Shown piece after piece: positions 54,857-64,000 of a stretch of DNA of 64,000 bases. The notes under the pieces are model-generated. The model saw nothing but the letters and a program-made list of their open reading frames with translations, was not told the origin of the DNA and did no database searches. A program made the translations under genes and the position numbers. Origin of the DNA: a virus. Position 1 is the stretch's first letter. Each line of letters begins with the position of its first letter. The DNA is taken from the IMG/VR virus record IMGVR_UViG_3300000115_000012; one strand, given 5' to 3'.

Positions 54857-55912
54857 ATGTTAGTAATTAATGCTCGTAATGCAAATGACGCTTTGGGTCA
54901 GGGTATCCAATTAATTCAAGAATCAGCTGAAGCTATTGAGAGTCGTGTGGGTATGACTCTTGAAGTTCCAATGTCAGTTACCACGGTTTACCACAAACCT
55001 TGGGAACGTGTACTACTTAGTAAAGTTCGTGACGCTAATCCTTTCTTCCACTTAATGGAAGCTATGTGGATTATTGCTGGTCGTCAAGATGTTAAGTTCC
55101 TAACTGAGTTTAACAAACGTATGGCTGATTACAGTGATGACGGTGAAGTATTCAATGCACCTTATGGTCACCGTATGCGTAACCACTTCCCTAGTATTTA
55201 TCAAGGTGAGACTACGCTAGACCAACTTAAAACTGTAATTGGTATTTTACGTAACGATCCTAACAGTCGTCAAGCGGTAGTACAGATTTGGGACTCTAAA
55301 GATTTAGCTCCTGAAATTAACACTAAAGATAAAGCCTGTAATATGTCTATCGTGTTTCGTATTCGTAACGGTGAACTTTGTGTCACAGTTTACAACCGTT
55401 CTAACGATATGATTTGGGGAGCTTATGGTGCTAACGTAGTGCAGTTTAGTATGATTCAAGAGTACGTAGCGGCTCAATTAGGACTCCCTCTTGGTACTTA
55501 CACGCAAGTTAGTAATTCATACCACGTTTATACAACTGGTGCAGGTGGTAAAGTCTGGGATCGTTTAGTTGAGTCTTACGATGCAGATAAAGATATTTAC
55601 GACTCAGTTGTTAATAATCAAGTGTATATGATGGATTATGACATGTCAGCAATGGACTACGATTTGGCTATGTTCTTTAACGCTTATGACCAGTTTGGTA
55701 TTGATGAGTTAGGTGAGATGCGTTGTTGGCAATCTCAGTATTTTAATCAATTGATCATGCCTGTTTTGTGTATCTACTTAATTCACAAACAACATGGTCC
55801 GACTCAAGCTTTAAAATACACCCATACCATTCAATCTGATGATTGGCGTATAGCTTGTGAAGATTGGCTAACTAACCGTGAAGAAGCTCGTAAAGCTAAA
55901 GAGGTTAAATAA
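54857..55912 (+). CDS. dUMP hydroxymethylase (copy 2)
   Basis: Identical to 12276-13331. Confidence 0.82.
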   Translation: MLVINARNANDALGQGIQLIQESAEAIESRVGMTLEVPMSVTTVYHKPWERVLLSKVRDANPFFHLMEAMWIIAGRQDVKFLTEFNKRMADYSDDGEVFNAPYGHRMRNHFPSIYQGETTLDQLKTVIGILRNDPNSRQAVVQIWDSKDLAPEINTKDKACNMSIVFRIRNGELCVTVYNRSNDMIWGAYGANVVQFSMIQEYVAAQLGLPLGTYTQVSNSYHVYTTGAGGKVWDRLVESYDADKDIYDSVVNNQVYMMDYDMSAMDYDLAMFFNAYDQFGIDELGEMRCWQSQYFNQLIMPVLCIYLIHKQHGPTQALKYTHTIQSDDWRIACEDWLTNREEARKAKEVK

Positions 55913-56415
55913 TGAATATTTCAAAAGTATTAGAAAGTTCAGGTGTTAGCCGTTTCCATGCAGTACCAGGATTGGCTCAGCAGACCATAGCTCAGCATTC
56001 TTGGGGAGTGTCTATGTTATGCCAATATTTTAATCCTGAGTGCCGTAAGGAGCTTGTTTTATCAGCTTTAACTCATGACTGTACTGAGTTAGTTACTGGT
56101 GACATCCCAGCTACAGCCAAATGGGAATCTCCTGAACTGAAAGTTATTTTAGACCAAATCGAGTCTAAGACTGAACAGGAATGGGGAATACAGTTTACAC
56201 TTGACGAAGATGAGAAGCGTCTACTTAAATTATGTGACGGTCTTGAAGGTATGAATTATTGCCTTGAACGTCGCAGACAAGGAGAGTTAGAAGCATCTGT
56301 TGTATTTTACCGTTGGGCTGACTTTATCATGGGTAAATTTGTATTCAATGAGAAAGAAACAGAATTCTTTTCTACTTTAATTAATAAAATGGGGAATCTT
56401 ACCAATGGAAGTTAA
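55912..56415 (+). CDS. HD-domain deoxynucleotide phosphohydrolase (copy 2)
   Basis: Identical to 13331-13834. Confidence 0.85.
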   Translation: MNISKVLESSGVSRFHAVPGLAQQTIAQHSWGVSMLCQYFNPECRKELVLSALTHDCTELVTGDIPATAKWESPELKVILDQIESKTEQEWGIQFTLDEDEKRLLKLCDGLEGMNYCLERRRQGELEASVVFYRWADFIMGKFVFNEKETEFFSTLINKMGNLTNGS

Positions 56416-56809
56416 TGAAATTCAAATCGGTGGTAAACACTATAAACGTGAATATCAGCACTGGGATCTTGTTTGTGACTTAGAGTTACATTACTTGTTA
56501 GGTTGTTCAACTAAATATGTATCTCGTTGGCAAGAAAAGAACGGTCTTGAAGATTTACGTAAATCTCTTCATTATATTGCTAAGTTTGAAGATAAAGGTT
56601 TATTGGTTGAAGAGTACACACATGAGCAGTCTAATAATCTAGATATGTTCTGTGATCAACTTCACCATGTTGACGGTATTATTGTTAAACTTATTTGTTT
56701 AGGTTCGTTTGAAGAAGCTGTCAAACTTATCAATGAATTAATCGAGGAAGTTGAGAGCGGTCCAACTTCTAATTACGTAGACCCAGACAACAATTATATT
56801 AGAGGTTAG
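56405..56809 (+). CDS. DUF3310 putative nucleotide kinase (copy 2)
   Basis: Identical to 13824-14228. Confidence 0.78.
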   Translation: MEVNEIQIGGKHYKREYQHWDLVCDLELHYLLGCSTKYVSRWQEKNGLEDLRKSLHYIAKFEDKGLLVEEYTHEQSNNLDMFCDQLHHVDGIIVKLICLGSFEEAVKLINELIEEVESGPTSNYVDPDNNYIRG

Positions 56810-56810
56810 T

Positions 56811-57356
56811 ATGTCGTTATTATCTTATAATGCTTTAGTAGGTTTAGTTCAGGAAGGAGTTATCAACGCTCCACTTGAACATATTAGCGGTGCAAGTATT
56901 GATATTACAATTGGTGAAGATATCCTAATTGAAAAACCAATGTCTCAGCAACCAATCATTGACCTTAAATCCAAACAGTCACTTGAGTTGCGTCGTCATC
57001 GCATACATAATGATGGTTTCCGTTTATATCCTGGTCAGTTTATCCTAGCGACAAGTCAGGAAACGTTCAACTTACCAAACGATGTAGCCTGTGAATATAA
57101 ACTGAAGAGTTCTCTAGCTCGTTCAGGTTTACAACACATGTTAGCAGGTTGGTGTGATCCAGGTTGGAATAATTCTAAGTTAACTTTGGAAATTAAGAAT
57201 GTTACGCAGAATCACATTCTATTATTAAAACCTGGAATGAAGATTGGACAGATGGTATTCTTTGAATGCGAACCAGTTCCTGACGAGCATAGTTATGCTA
57301 ATACAGGTCAGTATAACGGGCAAGACACTGTAACTGAGAATAAAGGTGTAAGATAA
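56811..57356 (+). CDS. dcd: dCTP deaminase (copy 2)
   Basis: Identical to 14230-14775. Confidence 0.92.
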   Translation: MSLLSYNALVGLVQEGVINAPLEHISGASIDITIGEDILIEKPMSQQPIIDLKSKQSLELRRHRIHNDGFRLYPGQFILATSQETFNLPNDVACEYKLKSSLARSGLQHMLAGWCDPGWNNSKLTLEIKNVTQNHILLLKPGMKIGQMVFFECEPVPDEHSYANTGQYNGQDTVTENKGVR

Positions 57357-57397
57357 TATTTAGGCTACTTCGGTAGCCTTTATTCTTTGGAGTTATT

Positions 57398-59257
57398 ATG
57401 AATCATAAGAAACTATTAACGTGTGACGTTGAATGTTACACCAACTACTTTCTAATAATGTTTAGAAAGGTATCGAGCGGAGATATTATTTACTTTGAGA
57501 AGTTTAACGGTTCAGAGTTAAATAGACAGAATATCCTCCATATTATTAACAAGTATACGATTATAACTTTTAACGGTAACTCGTATGACCAAGTGGTTAT
57601 TGAAGCAGCTTGTCAGGGATTCAGCAATGAGTCTCTTAAGAAAATAACCGATTATCTTATTGTTGGTAAAGACGGTAGAGGTAATCAAGCTTGGCAAGCT
57701 CGTAAGCAGTTTGGTATTGGTAAAATGGAATTTGACCATATTGACTTAATTGAGGTAGCTCCATTGTCAGCCTCACTTAAGATTTATGGTGGTCGTTTAC
57801 ATTCCCCTAAAATGCAAGATTTACCTATCGCACCTGATGCAATTATCCAGGAAGAAGATTTACCTGATATGCGTAAATATTGTGGTAATGACTTGGATGT
57901 TACTGAACGGTTATTCCTACAGTTAGAACCTGAGATAGAACTACGTACCATGATGTCTAAAGAGTACGGTGTGGACTTACGTTCTAAATCAGATGCACAA
58001 ATAGCTGAAGCAGTAATTAAGAAGGAAATGGACGACAATTATGGTTTTATACCTAAACGTCCAAAAGTAGAACCAGGAACTCAATATACATATAAAGCTC
58101 CTGCTAATTTAGAATTCAATAGTGAAGTTCTACAAGACCTATTTCGTCAATATACCACTATACCGTTTGAAGTTAATAAATCAGGTTATGTGGAATTCAA
58201 CTTTGAAATGTTGGAATCTGACCGTATTAAATCAGGTAAGAAGAAAGGTGAATTTCCAGCTAGTAAAAAGCAGATGAAGTTCATGATAGGTAATACTAAG
58301 TATACAGCTGGAATCGGTGGTCTGCATAGTTGTGAGAAAGGTGCTCGTCATACCAATAATGGTAATATATTACGCGATTACGATGTAGCGAGTTACTATC
58401 CTCGTATTATTCTTAACAACCGTCTATATCCTAAGCATATCGGTGAACCGTTCTTGGCTATTTACGAGTCCATTGTTGACCGTCGTCTAAAGGCTAAACG
58501 TAGCGGTGACAAAGTAACCAACGAATCACTTAAGATTACCATTAACGGATCATTCGGTAAACTTGGTAGTAAATGGTCTTGTTTATACTCACCTGATCTT
58601 ATGCTCCAAGTTACGGTTACTGGTCAACTTAGTTTGTTAATGTTGATTGAACGCTTAGAACTAGCTGGGATATCAGTAGTTAGTGCGAATACCGATGGTA
58701 TTGTTGTTAAGATGAAACCTGAGCAGGAAGCCAAAGCGGAGGAAATAGTTGAAGATTGGCAATTCGATACCGATTACGAGCTTGAGGGTACTGATTATGT
58801 AAGTCTAAACAGTCGTGATATTAACAACTATATAGCAGTAAAATCTAGCGGAAGTAAGGGTAAAGGAGCTTACTCAGACCAACGTGAGCACTATTACAAG
58901 CTACGTAGTAACCCAAGTAATGATATCTGTACCGAGGCTGTTAAGTTGTTCTTACAGGACGGTACTCCAGTTGAAGAAACAATACGAGCTTGCCAGGATA
59001 TTACCAAGTTCCTAAACTTGAGAACCGTAAATGGCGGTGCTGTAAAAGACGGTCAAGTTATTGGTAAGGCTATCAGATGGTATTATGGGTCTGAAGAGCT
59101 TGATGCAATATTTTATAATACTAATGGTAATAAAGTACCAAAGTCCGATGGCGGTGTACCGCTTATGGACTTACCAGATGAGTTCCCTGAAGATGTGGAT
59201 TTCAACTGGTACGTAACCGAAGCCAAACGTATACTAAAAGATATTGGATGGAAATAA
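57398..59257 (+). CDS. Family B DNA polymerase (copy 2)
   Basis: Identical to 14817-16676. Confidence 0.93.
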   Translation: MNHKKLLTCDVECYTNYFLIMFRKVSSGDIIYFEKFNGSELNRQNILHIINKYTIITFNGNSYDQVVIEAACQGFSNESLKKITDYLIVGKDGRGNQAWQARKQFGIGKMEFDHIDLIEVAPLSASLKIYGGRLHSPKMQDLPIAPDAIIQEEDLPDMRKYCGNDLDVTERLFLQLEPEIELRTMMSKEYGVDLRSKSDAQIAEAVIKKEMDDNYGFIPKRPKVEPGTQYTYKAPANLEFNSEVLQDLFRQYTTIPFEVNKSGYVEFNFEMLESDRIKSGKKKGEFPASKKQMKFMIGNTKYTAGIGGLHSCEKGARHTNNGNILRDYDVASYYPRIILNNRLYPKHIGEPFLAIYESIVDRRLKAKRSGDKVTNESLKITINGSFGKLGSKWSCLYSPDLMLQVTVTGQLSLLMLIERLELAGISVVSANTDGIVVKMKPEQEAKAEEIVEDWQFDTDYELEGTDYVSLNSRDINNYIAVKSSGSKGKGAYSDQREHYYKLRSNPSNDICTEAVKLFLQDGTPVEETIRACQDITKFLNLRTVNGGAVKDGQVIGKAIRWYYGSEELDAIFYNTNGNKVPKSDGGVPLMDLPDEFPEDVDFNWYVTEAKRILKDIGWK

Positions 59258-59354
59258 ATTGTATTTAGGGGTTTACTTTTATATCCGTAGACCCCATACT
59301 TGTTCTATCAGCTGAGTTAGCTGAATCATTAATTAACTGAAATAGGTGAACACT

Positions 59355-59699
59355 ATGTCTAAACTTGACGAACTAAAGAAAATCAACGAACAGAAAAAAG
59401 AACTTGCTGCTCAACAAAAAGCTCTACGTGAAGAGTTAGATGCAACCAAAGAGCAACGTAAAGAAGCTCGTAAAGTACAAGCTCAAGCCCGTAAAGATGT
59501 ACGTGAGCAAAAAGCTGATCTACGTGACTTGTCTGCTAAAGTTTACGAAGCGTTCTCAAGCAATGATCCTGAAGTAATTGGCAAACTAGCTGATGACATC
59601 ATGGAAAGTGCTTCTGAATTAAGCGGTACAATCCGTAAGTTTGCGGATGCTGCTAAAGATCCTGAAACTGAAGAAGTTGAGTCAGACGAAGAACTGTAA
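59355..59699 (+). CDS. coiled-coil hypothetical protein (copy 2)
   Basis: Identical to 16774-17118. Confidence 0.75.
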   Translation: MSKLDELKKINEQKKELAAQQKALREELDATKEQRKEARKVQAQARKDVREQKADLRDLSAKVYEAFSSNDPEVIGKLADDIMESASELSGTIRKFADAAKDPETEEVESDEEL

Positions 59700-59752
59700 A
59701 CTTCACAAATTTACGGAGGAAAGGCTGAGTTAATACTCGGCCTTTTTCATTT

Positions 59753-60088
59753 ATGGATATTGATAAATTTCTAGGTAATGCTACCAAACGTAAAACTAAA
59801 GAGTCTGAGATTACAGAAATCGATATAGAGCAGGAATTCTGTAAACATGCAACTAATAAAGGTTGTAAGGCTTTAAAGTTAATATATCTCAATAAGAAAG
59901 GTTTTCCAGACCGTACAGTGGTTTGTCCTAATGCTCGTATATTCTTTATTGAGTTTAAACGTAAAGGTAAAAAACAATCTCCACCTCAAAAGTTAGTTCA
60001 GAAGATGCTTGAGTCATTTGGGTTTGAATACTATGTGTGTGATGAAATAGGTCAAGCTGAACTCTATTTAAATAAATTCCTTGCTTAA
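59753..60088 (+). CDS. VRR-NUC nuclease (copy 2)
   Basis: Identical to 17172-17507. Confidence 0.88.
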   Translation: MDIDKFLGNATKRKTKESEITEIDIEQEFCKHATNKGCKALKLIYLNKKGFPDRTVVCPNARIFFIEFKRKGKKQSPPQKLVQKMLESFGFEYYVCDEIGQAELYLNKFLA

Positions 60089-60133
60089 TCCCACCTAAAC
60101 ATTAATAATGACTCTTATACAATAGGAGTCATT

Positions 60134-61561
60134 ATGTCACAGATTTGGAAACCTCATTCATACCAACGAACAGCTATATCATTCTTGCTGTCCAATCCTT
60201 GTTCAGGTCTGTTCCTAGATCCTGGTCTTGGTAAAACTTCTACCAGTTTATCGGCTATTAAAATATTACGTAACGCTGATATGATTAAGGGAGTCCTACT
60301 GGTAGCTCCGTTACGTGTTATTTATAGCGTATGGCCTCAAGAGATAGATAAGTGGTCTAACTTTGAAGGTATGTCTTGCACCATACTACATGATAAAACT
60401 AAGAGTACTCTTTGGGGATCCCAAAAGGACATTTACCTAATAAACCCTGAAGCTCTTAAGTGGTTACATACAGAGTTACTAATTGGTCTTAAAGCTGGTA
60501 AGAAGTGTCCATTTGATGTATTGTGGATTGACGAAAGTACCAAGTTTAAATCTCACGAATCAAGCCGTTTCGGTTACGTATGTGATATGCTACCCTTGTT
60601 CAAACGTAGACATATTATGACAGGTACTCCATCACCTAAGAGTCTATTAGATTTATGGTCTCAGGTTTATATACTTGACGAAGGTAAAGCTCTCCAACAT
60701 AACTTCCATCACTTCCGTAATAAGTATTTTCAAGCTAATGATTGGGATAAATATAACTGGGAAATTAAAGACTTCTCAGCTGATCAAATACACGAAGCAG
60801 TTGCACCATTGGTATTGGAGATGTCAGCTGATGATTATTTAGATATGCCAGATTTATTATTCAATGATATCCAAGTGGTATTACCAGATAAAGCGTTTAA
60901 ACATTATAAGCGAATGGAGAAAGATTTCTTCCTGGAGTTAGATGGTCTAGAAGCTACAGCCGAAGCAACTGCTCAAGCTAGTATGAAGTGTCACCAAATA
61001 GCTAACGGTAGGGTTTATGAGGATATACCAGAAGGTCTTGATGAAGATGAGATACGTGAGTTTAAGAAGAGACGTAAACCAATACAGGTACATAAGTCCA
61101 AACTGGAAGCTCTTAAGGATTTAGTTGATGAGCTGAACGGTAAACCTTTGCTTATAGCTTACCATTATAAACATGATCTAGAAGCTATTAAATCAGTCCT
61201 GGGAGACGTACCATATATCGGAAGTGGTGTTAACCCAAAACAAACACAAAAGTTAGTAGCGGACTGGAATGATGGTAAATTACCGATATTAGTTGGCCAT
61301 CCAGTGAGTATGGCTCATGGTCTAAATCTACAATCTAGTGGTAATGATATTTGTTGGTTTAGTTTAACTTGGAGTTTAGAGGACTACTTGCAATTCAATG
61401 CTCGTATATACAGACAAGGAGTTAAAGGTTCAGTTAGAGTACATCATTTAATAGGGAAGGGTACAATAGATGAGGTCATGTTATCCCGTTTGGGTGAACG
61501 GGCAAAAGGACAACATGACCTAAGAACAGCATTGAAGAATTATAGGTTAGGTCTTACTTAA
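60134..61561 (+). CDS. SNF2-like helicase (copy 2)
   Basis: Identical to 17553-18980. Confidence 0.93.
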   Translation: MSQIWKPHSYQRTAISFLLSNPCSGLFLDPGLGKTSTSLSAIKILRNADMIKGVLLVAPLRVIYSVWPQEIDKWSNFEGMSCTILHDKTKSTLWGSQKDIYLINPEALKWLHTELLIGLKAGKKCPFDVLWIDESTKFKSHESSRFGYVCDMLPLFKRRHIMTGTPSPKSLLDLWSQVYILDEGKALQHNFHHFRNKYFQANDWDKYNWEIKDFSADQIHEAVAPLVLEMSADDYLDMPDLLFNDIQVVLPDKAFKHYKRMEKDFFLELDGLEATAEATAQASMKCHQIANGRVYEDIPEGLDEDEIREFKKRRKPIQVHKSKLEALKDLVDELNGKPLLIAYHYKHDLEAIKSVLGDVPYIGSGVNPKQTQKLVADWNDGKLPILVGHPVSMAHGLNLQSSGNDICWFSLTWSLEDYLQFNARIYRQGVKGSVRVHHLIGKGTIDEVMLSRLGERAKGQHDLRTALKNYRLGLT

Positions 61562-62012
61562 TTTTATTGGTTTGGACACCTTTATTTTTCTCAAAACTAC
61601 GCATACCACCTATTCCGAGCATACCAGTTACGATCGTACCTAGTAATCCGGATTCCATATATGGAGGAGCCTCAACTCCAGGTGGTATTGTACCAAACGC
61701 AACAAGAATAGACCATATCCATATTAGTAAGGGGTGAACTATACCTGCATAAGCTAATGATGATCCACCTACCCATCCTATAAATGGTCTCCATCCAGCC
61801 ACAAATACAGATGAATGTTCTGCTTCCTTCATATTAACTTTTATCTGAGCTAACATTAAGTCTACGTGCATCTGCATCTTAGCTAGATCACCTGATTGTT
61901 TCATCTCTTCAAGCTTACGTAACTCTTCAGCTCTTTTAATAGGATCAGGCCATATCTTATCTATGGCTGATTTACCTAGGTCAAATAGAGCTGATAGCGG
62001 GTCGAATGACAT
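61554..62012 (-). CDS. Holin (copy 2)
   Basis: Identical to 18973-19431. Confidence 0.85.
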   Translation of the reverse strand: MSFDPLSALFDLGKSAIDKIWPDPIKRAEELRKLEEMKQSGDLAKMQMHVDLMLAQIKVNMKEAEHSSVFVAGWRPFIGWVGGSSLAYAGIVHPLLIWIWSILVAFGTIPPGVEAPPYMESGLLGTIVTGMLGIGGMRSFEKNKGVQTNKIK

Positions 62013-62013
62013 G

Positions 62014-62400
62014 TTAATCCACCAATTCCACGTGAGGATAGTCCTTAAATGACTTCCATAGACCTCCCCACTTTAATTTATAACCAAGTATAGATGCAGC
62101 TTGTAAAAATGCAGCGGCGACCATTGCGAGATGCTCTGTGTCCCAACTTGCCTTACCATTTACAAACGCATAGAAGTCAAGAGCCTTACCGCTTTGGTGA
62201 CAACTCAACTTCTTATACCCATCACATTTAGACTTACCTGCAACAAACAGCTCATTTTGTCGTTCAGCTGTTCGTTTACCTGCATCAGCAGGATGACCGA
62301 AATCAACCACGCTGATGCTCAAGGCTAAGTCTGATATTTCAATAAGACGAGGGTCAACACCTTCACGTCTTTGTTTTGAACTATTAGACAATTTAAACAT
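62014..62400 (-). CDS. M15 endolysin (copy 2)
   Basis: Identical to 19433-19819. Confidence 0.92.
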   Translation of the reverse strand: MFKLSNSSKQRREGVDPRLIEISDLALSISVVDFGHPADAGKRTAERQNELFVAGKSKCDGYKKLSCHQSGKALDFYAFVNGKASWDTEHLAMVAAAFLQAASILGYKLKWGGLWKSFKDYPHVELVD

Positions 62401-62412
62401 TACTCACTCCTA

Positions 62413-64000
62413 TTAAGTAGCAGGACTAACAGTAGATATATACATAGGAACCCAAGTTCCCGGAGTACCTGTAACAGTACATATATGACCCACTAATATC
62501 ATATTATTAGCATCGACAGTAGGGAAGAAGTTATGAACTATATCACCTCTAACCCAATTACCTGAAGTCGGTGCAGAACTATTCCACCATACATTTCTTA
62601 TACCTCCAGTTGCTCCCGTTCTAGATCCTTCAAGTAGAGCTCCGTCAGGGCTTAGATTATAAGCATGGCAATCCTTAGCTGTGATACGACCAGTTGATCC
62701 AGGATTACTGAAGTTATATGGGGTAGCTGTCTCAAATGTATCATTTAAAGAATACAACAGTTTATCGCTACCAAAGAAATTATGGAATATATCAGCAATT
62801 CCGTAATAACGATTAGACTTAGAAGTCATACGTTTACCCGATGCACCAAAACTATACGTAACCCTACCGTTGAAATTATTACCTGGACCAATAACTACAG
62901 ATTCGTCAAGGCAGTTATTAAATTCGATTTCGTTTTCAACATAGTTGTCCGCTATCAAAGTACCAACGCTCATACCACGTACATCAATAGACGCAGAGCC
63001 GTACATGTGATTATCGGTAATATTAGCTCCTGCTGTCGTCTGTATAAATATATCTCCATCTCTCATAATGTTAGATTGGATGAACATGTCGGTTAGTTTG
63101 TTACCAGTGTCCCTAACTGCAAAAGATCCGTTTGAGAAATTACCTCTTATAATATTATTTTTGATTTTGTTTTCAACTAGAGTTCCGGAACTAGTGGATC
63201 CAGATATACCATTACCTGTTATTACGAGAGCATCACCAGAACCTTGAGACCAGAAGTAACCTTTGTCAAAAATCGACCCGTATCCATACCATACTAACGC
63301 ATTATCACATGGACCATCACTCCAAACTCTAATTCCACTCCATTGAATTGGATCGTTACCAGATGTGGAATTATTAACATAAGCAGCTGAGGCAATCAGA
63401 TAATCGCTATTAGTAGGACTAGCGATAGATTTAATAGTACTTTGGAATCTACCGTCCCCATGATAATCACAGGTTCGATTAGGAATGGTAAGATTATCGG
63501 AAAGGAAAATCCCGTCAGGTAGATATTTGGAAGGGTAATCAAAATCTAACCACGCTTGTAAGGCTAACTGATTATTCGCAGCTGAAGGATACGCCCCACA
63601 ATTGAGAGCATTTATACCCTTACCTTGGATTTTAAGAATCAATACATAGGTTGCGTCAATAGCATGGTTAACACCTACCGTTCCGTCTCCGTCTATCACA
63701 TCACCATCTGCTGTGGCTTGGGTTAATGTTTTAACTATATAATCAGCTCCTCCCAATTTGGAAGCAGAGCTAAAATATGTAGTCTTGATAGTAAACCCTA
63801 AGAACTCAGACCAGTCTATAGTACCTTGATAATTTATAGGCTTGCTATCCAAAGCATCCGACAAGGTTTGGAATATTAGAGGGGAGGCAGTCGAGAACGA
63901 TATCCAGTTAACTCCTGAATCAGAAGTGGGATTGTTACCGCTTTGCTCAGTTATAGCTATATATAACTTTCCGTTTGAACCTTTAGAAATACCACCTATA
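62413..64000 (-). CDS. Tailspike (copy 2, 5' end cut off by the window edge)
   Basis: Identical to 19832-21419. Confidence 0.85.
   Translation of the reverse strand, partial: IGGISKGSNGKLYIAITEQSGNNPTSDSGVNWISFSTASPLIFQTLSDALDSKPINYQGTIDWSEFLGFTIKTTYFSSASKLGGADYIVKTLTQATADGDVIDGDGTVGVNHAIDATYVLILKIQGKGINALNCGAYPSAANNQLALQAWLDFDYPSKYLPDGIFLSDNLTIPNRTCDYHGDGRFQSTIKSIASPTNSDYLIASAAYVNNSTSGNDPIQWSGIRVWSDGPCDNALVWYGYGSIFDKGYFWSQGSGDALVITGNGISGSTSSGTLVENKIKNNIIRGNFSNGSFAVRDTGNKLTDMFIQSNIMRDGDIFIQTTAGANITDNHMYGSASIDVRGMSVGTLIADNYVENEIEFNNCLDESVVIGPGNNFNGRVTYSFGASGKRMTSKSNRYYGIADIFHNFFGSDKLLYSLNDTFETATPYNFSNPGSTGRITAKDCHAYNLSPDGALLEGSRTGATGGIRNVWWNSSAPTSGNWVRGDIVHNFFPTVDANNMILVGHICTVTGTPGTWVPMYISTVSPAT

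Larger units (their letters stand above)
42582..64000. repeat. Direct tandem repeat of positions 1-21419 (second, partial genome copy)
   Basis: All ORFs recur at a constant offset of 42,581 with identical translations; both ends match (caccaggaac at the start, accacctata at the end). Confidence 0.98.

Overview
The window is a lytic tailed-phage (myovirus-type) genome of 42,581 bp read about 1.5 times: 42582-64000 repeats 1-21419, with identical translations in the ORF track. The plus-strand arm (4590-18980) encodes recombination and replication genes, a nucleotide/DNA-modification operon, a family-B DNA polymerase, a VRR-NUC nuclease and an SNF2-type helicase. The minus-strand arm encodes a primase-helicase, lysis genes, a beta-helix tailspike, baseplate, contractile tail, head, portal, a two-ORF terminase large subunit and an ATP-dependent ligase. 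No integrase, tRNA, rRNA or CRISPR array was seen. The host is probably a gammaproteobacterium (inference only). The most notable feature is a coupled operon of GT-B glycosyltransferase, aGPT-PPlase-clade-1-like protein, dUMP hydroxymethylase, HD hydrolase, DUF3310 kinase and dCTP deaminase. It has no visible P-loop 5hmdU-DNA kinase or second amino-acid:DNA transferase, which suggests an unusual, possibly sugar-bearing thymidine hypermodification. Other points of interest are twin ~118-bp inverted-repeat elements (ori/crr-like), a pseudoknot-like leader and a -1 frameshift at the tail chaperone gene, the split TerL, and tandem paralogues sharing a C-terminal domain. All family assignments come from motif recognition by eye, not database searches.
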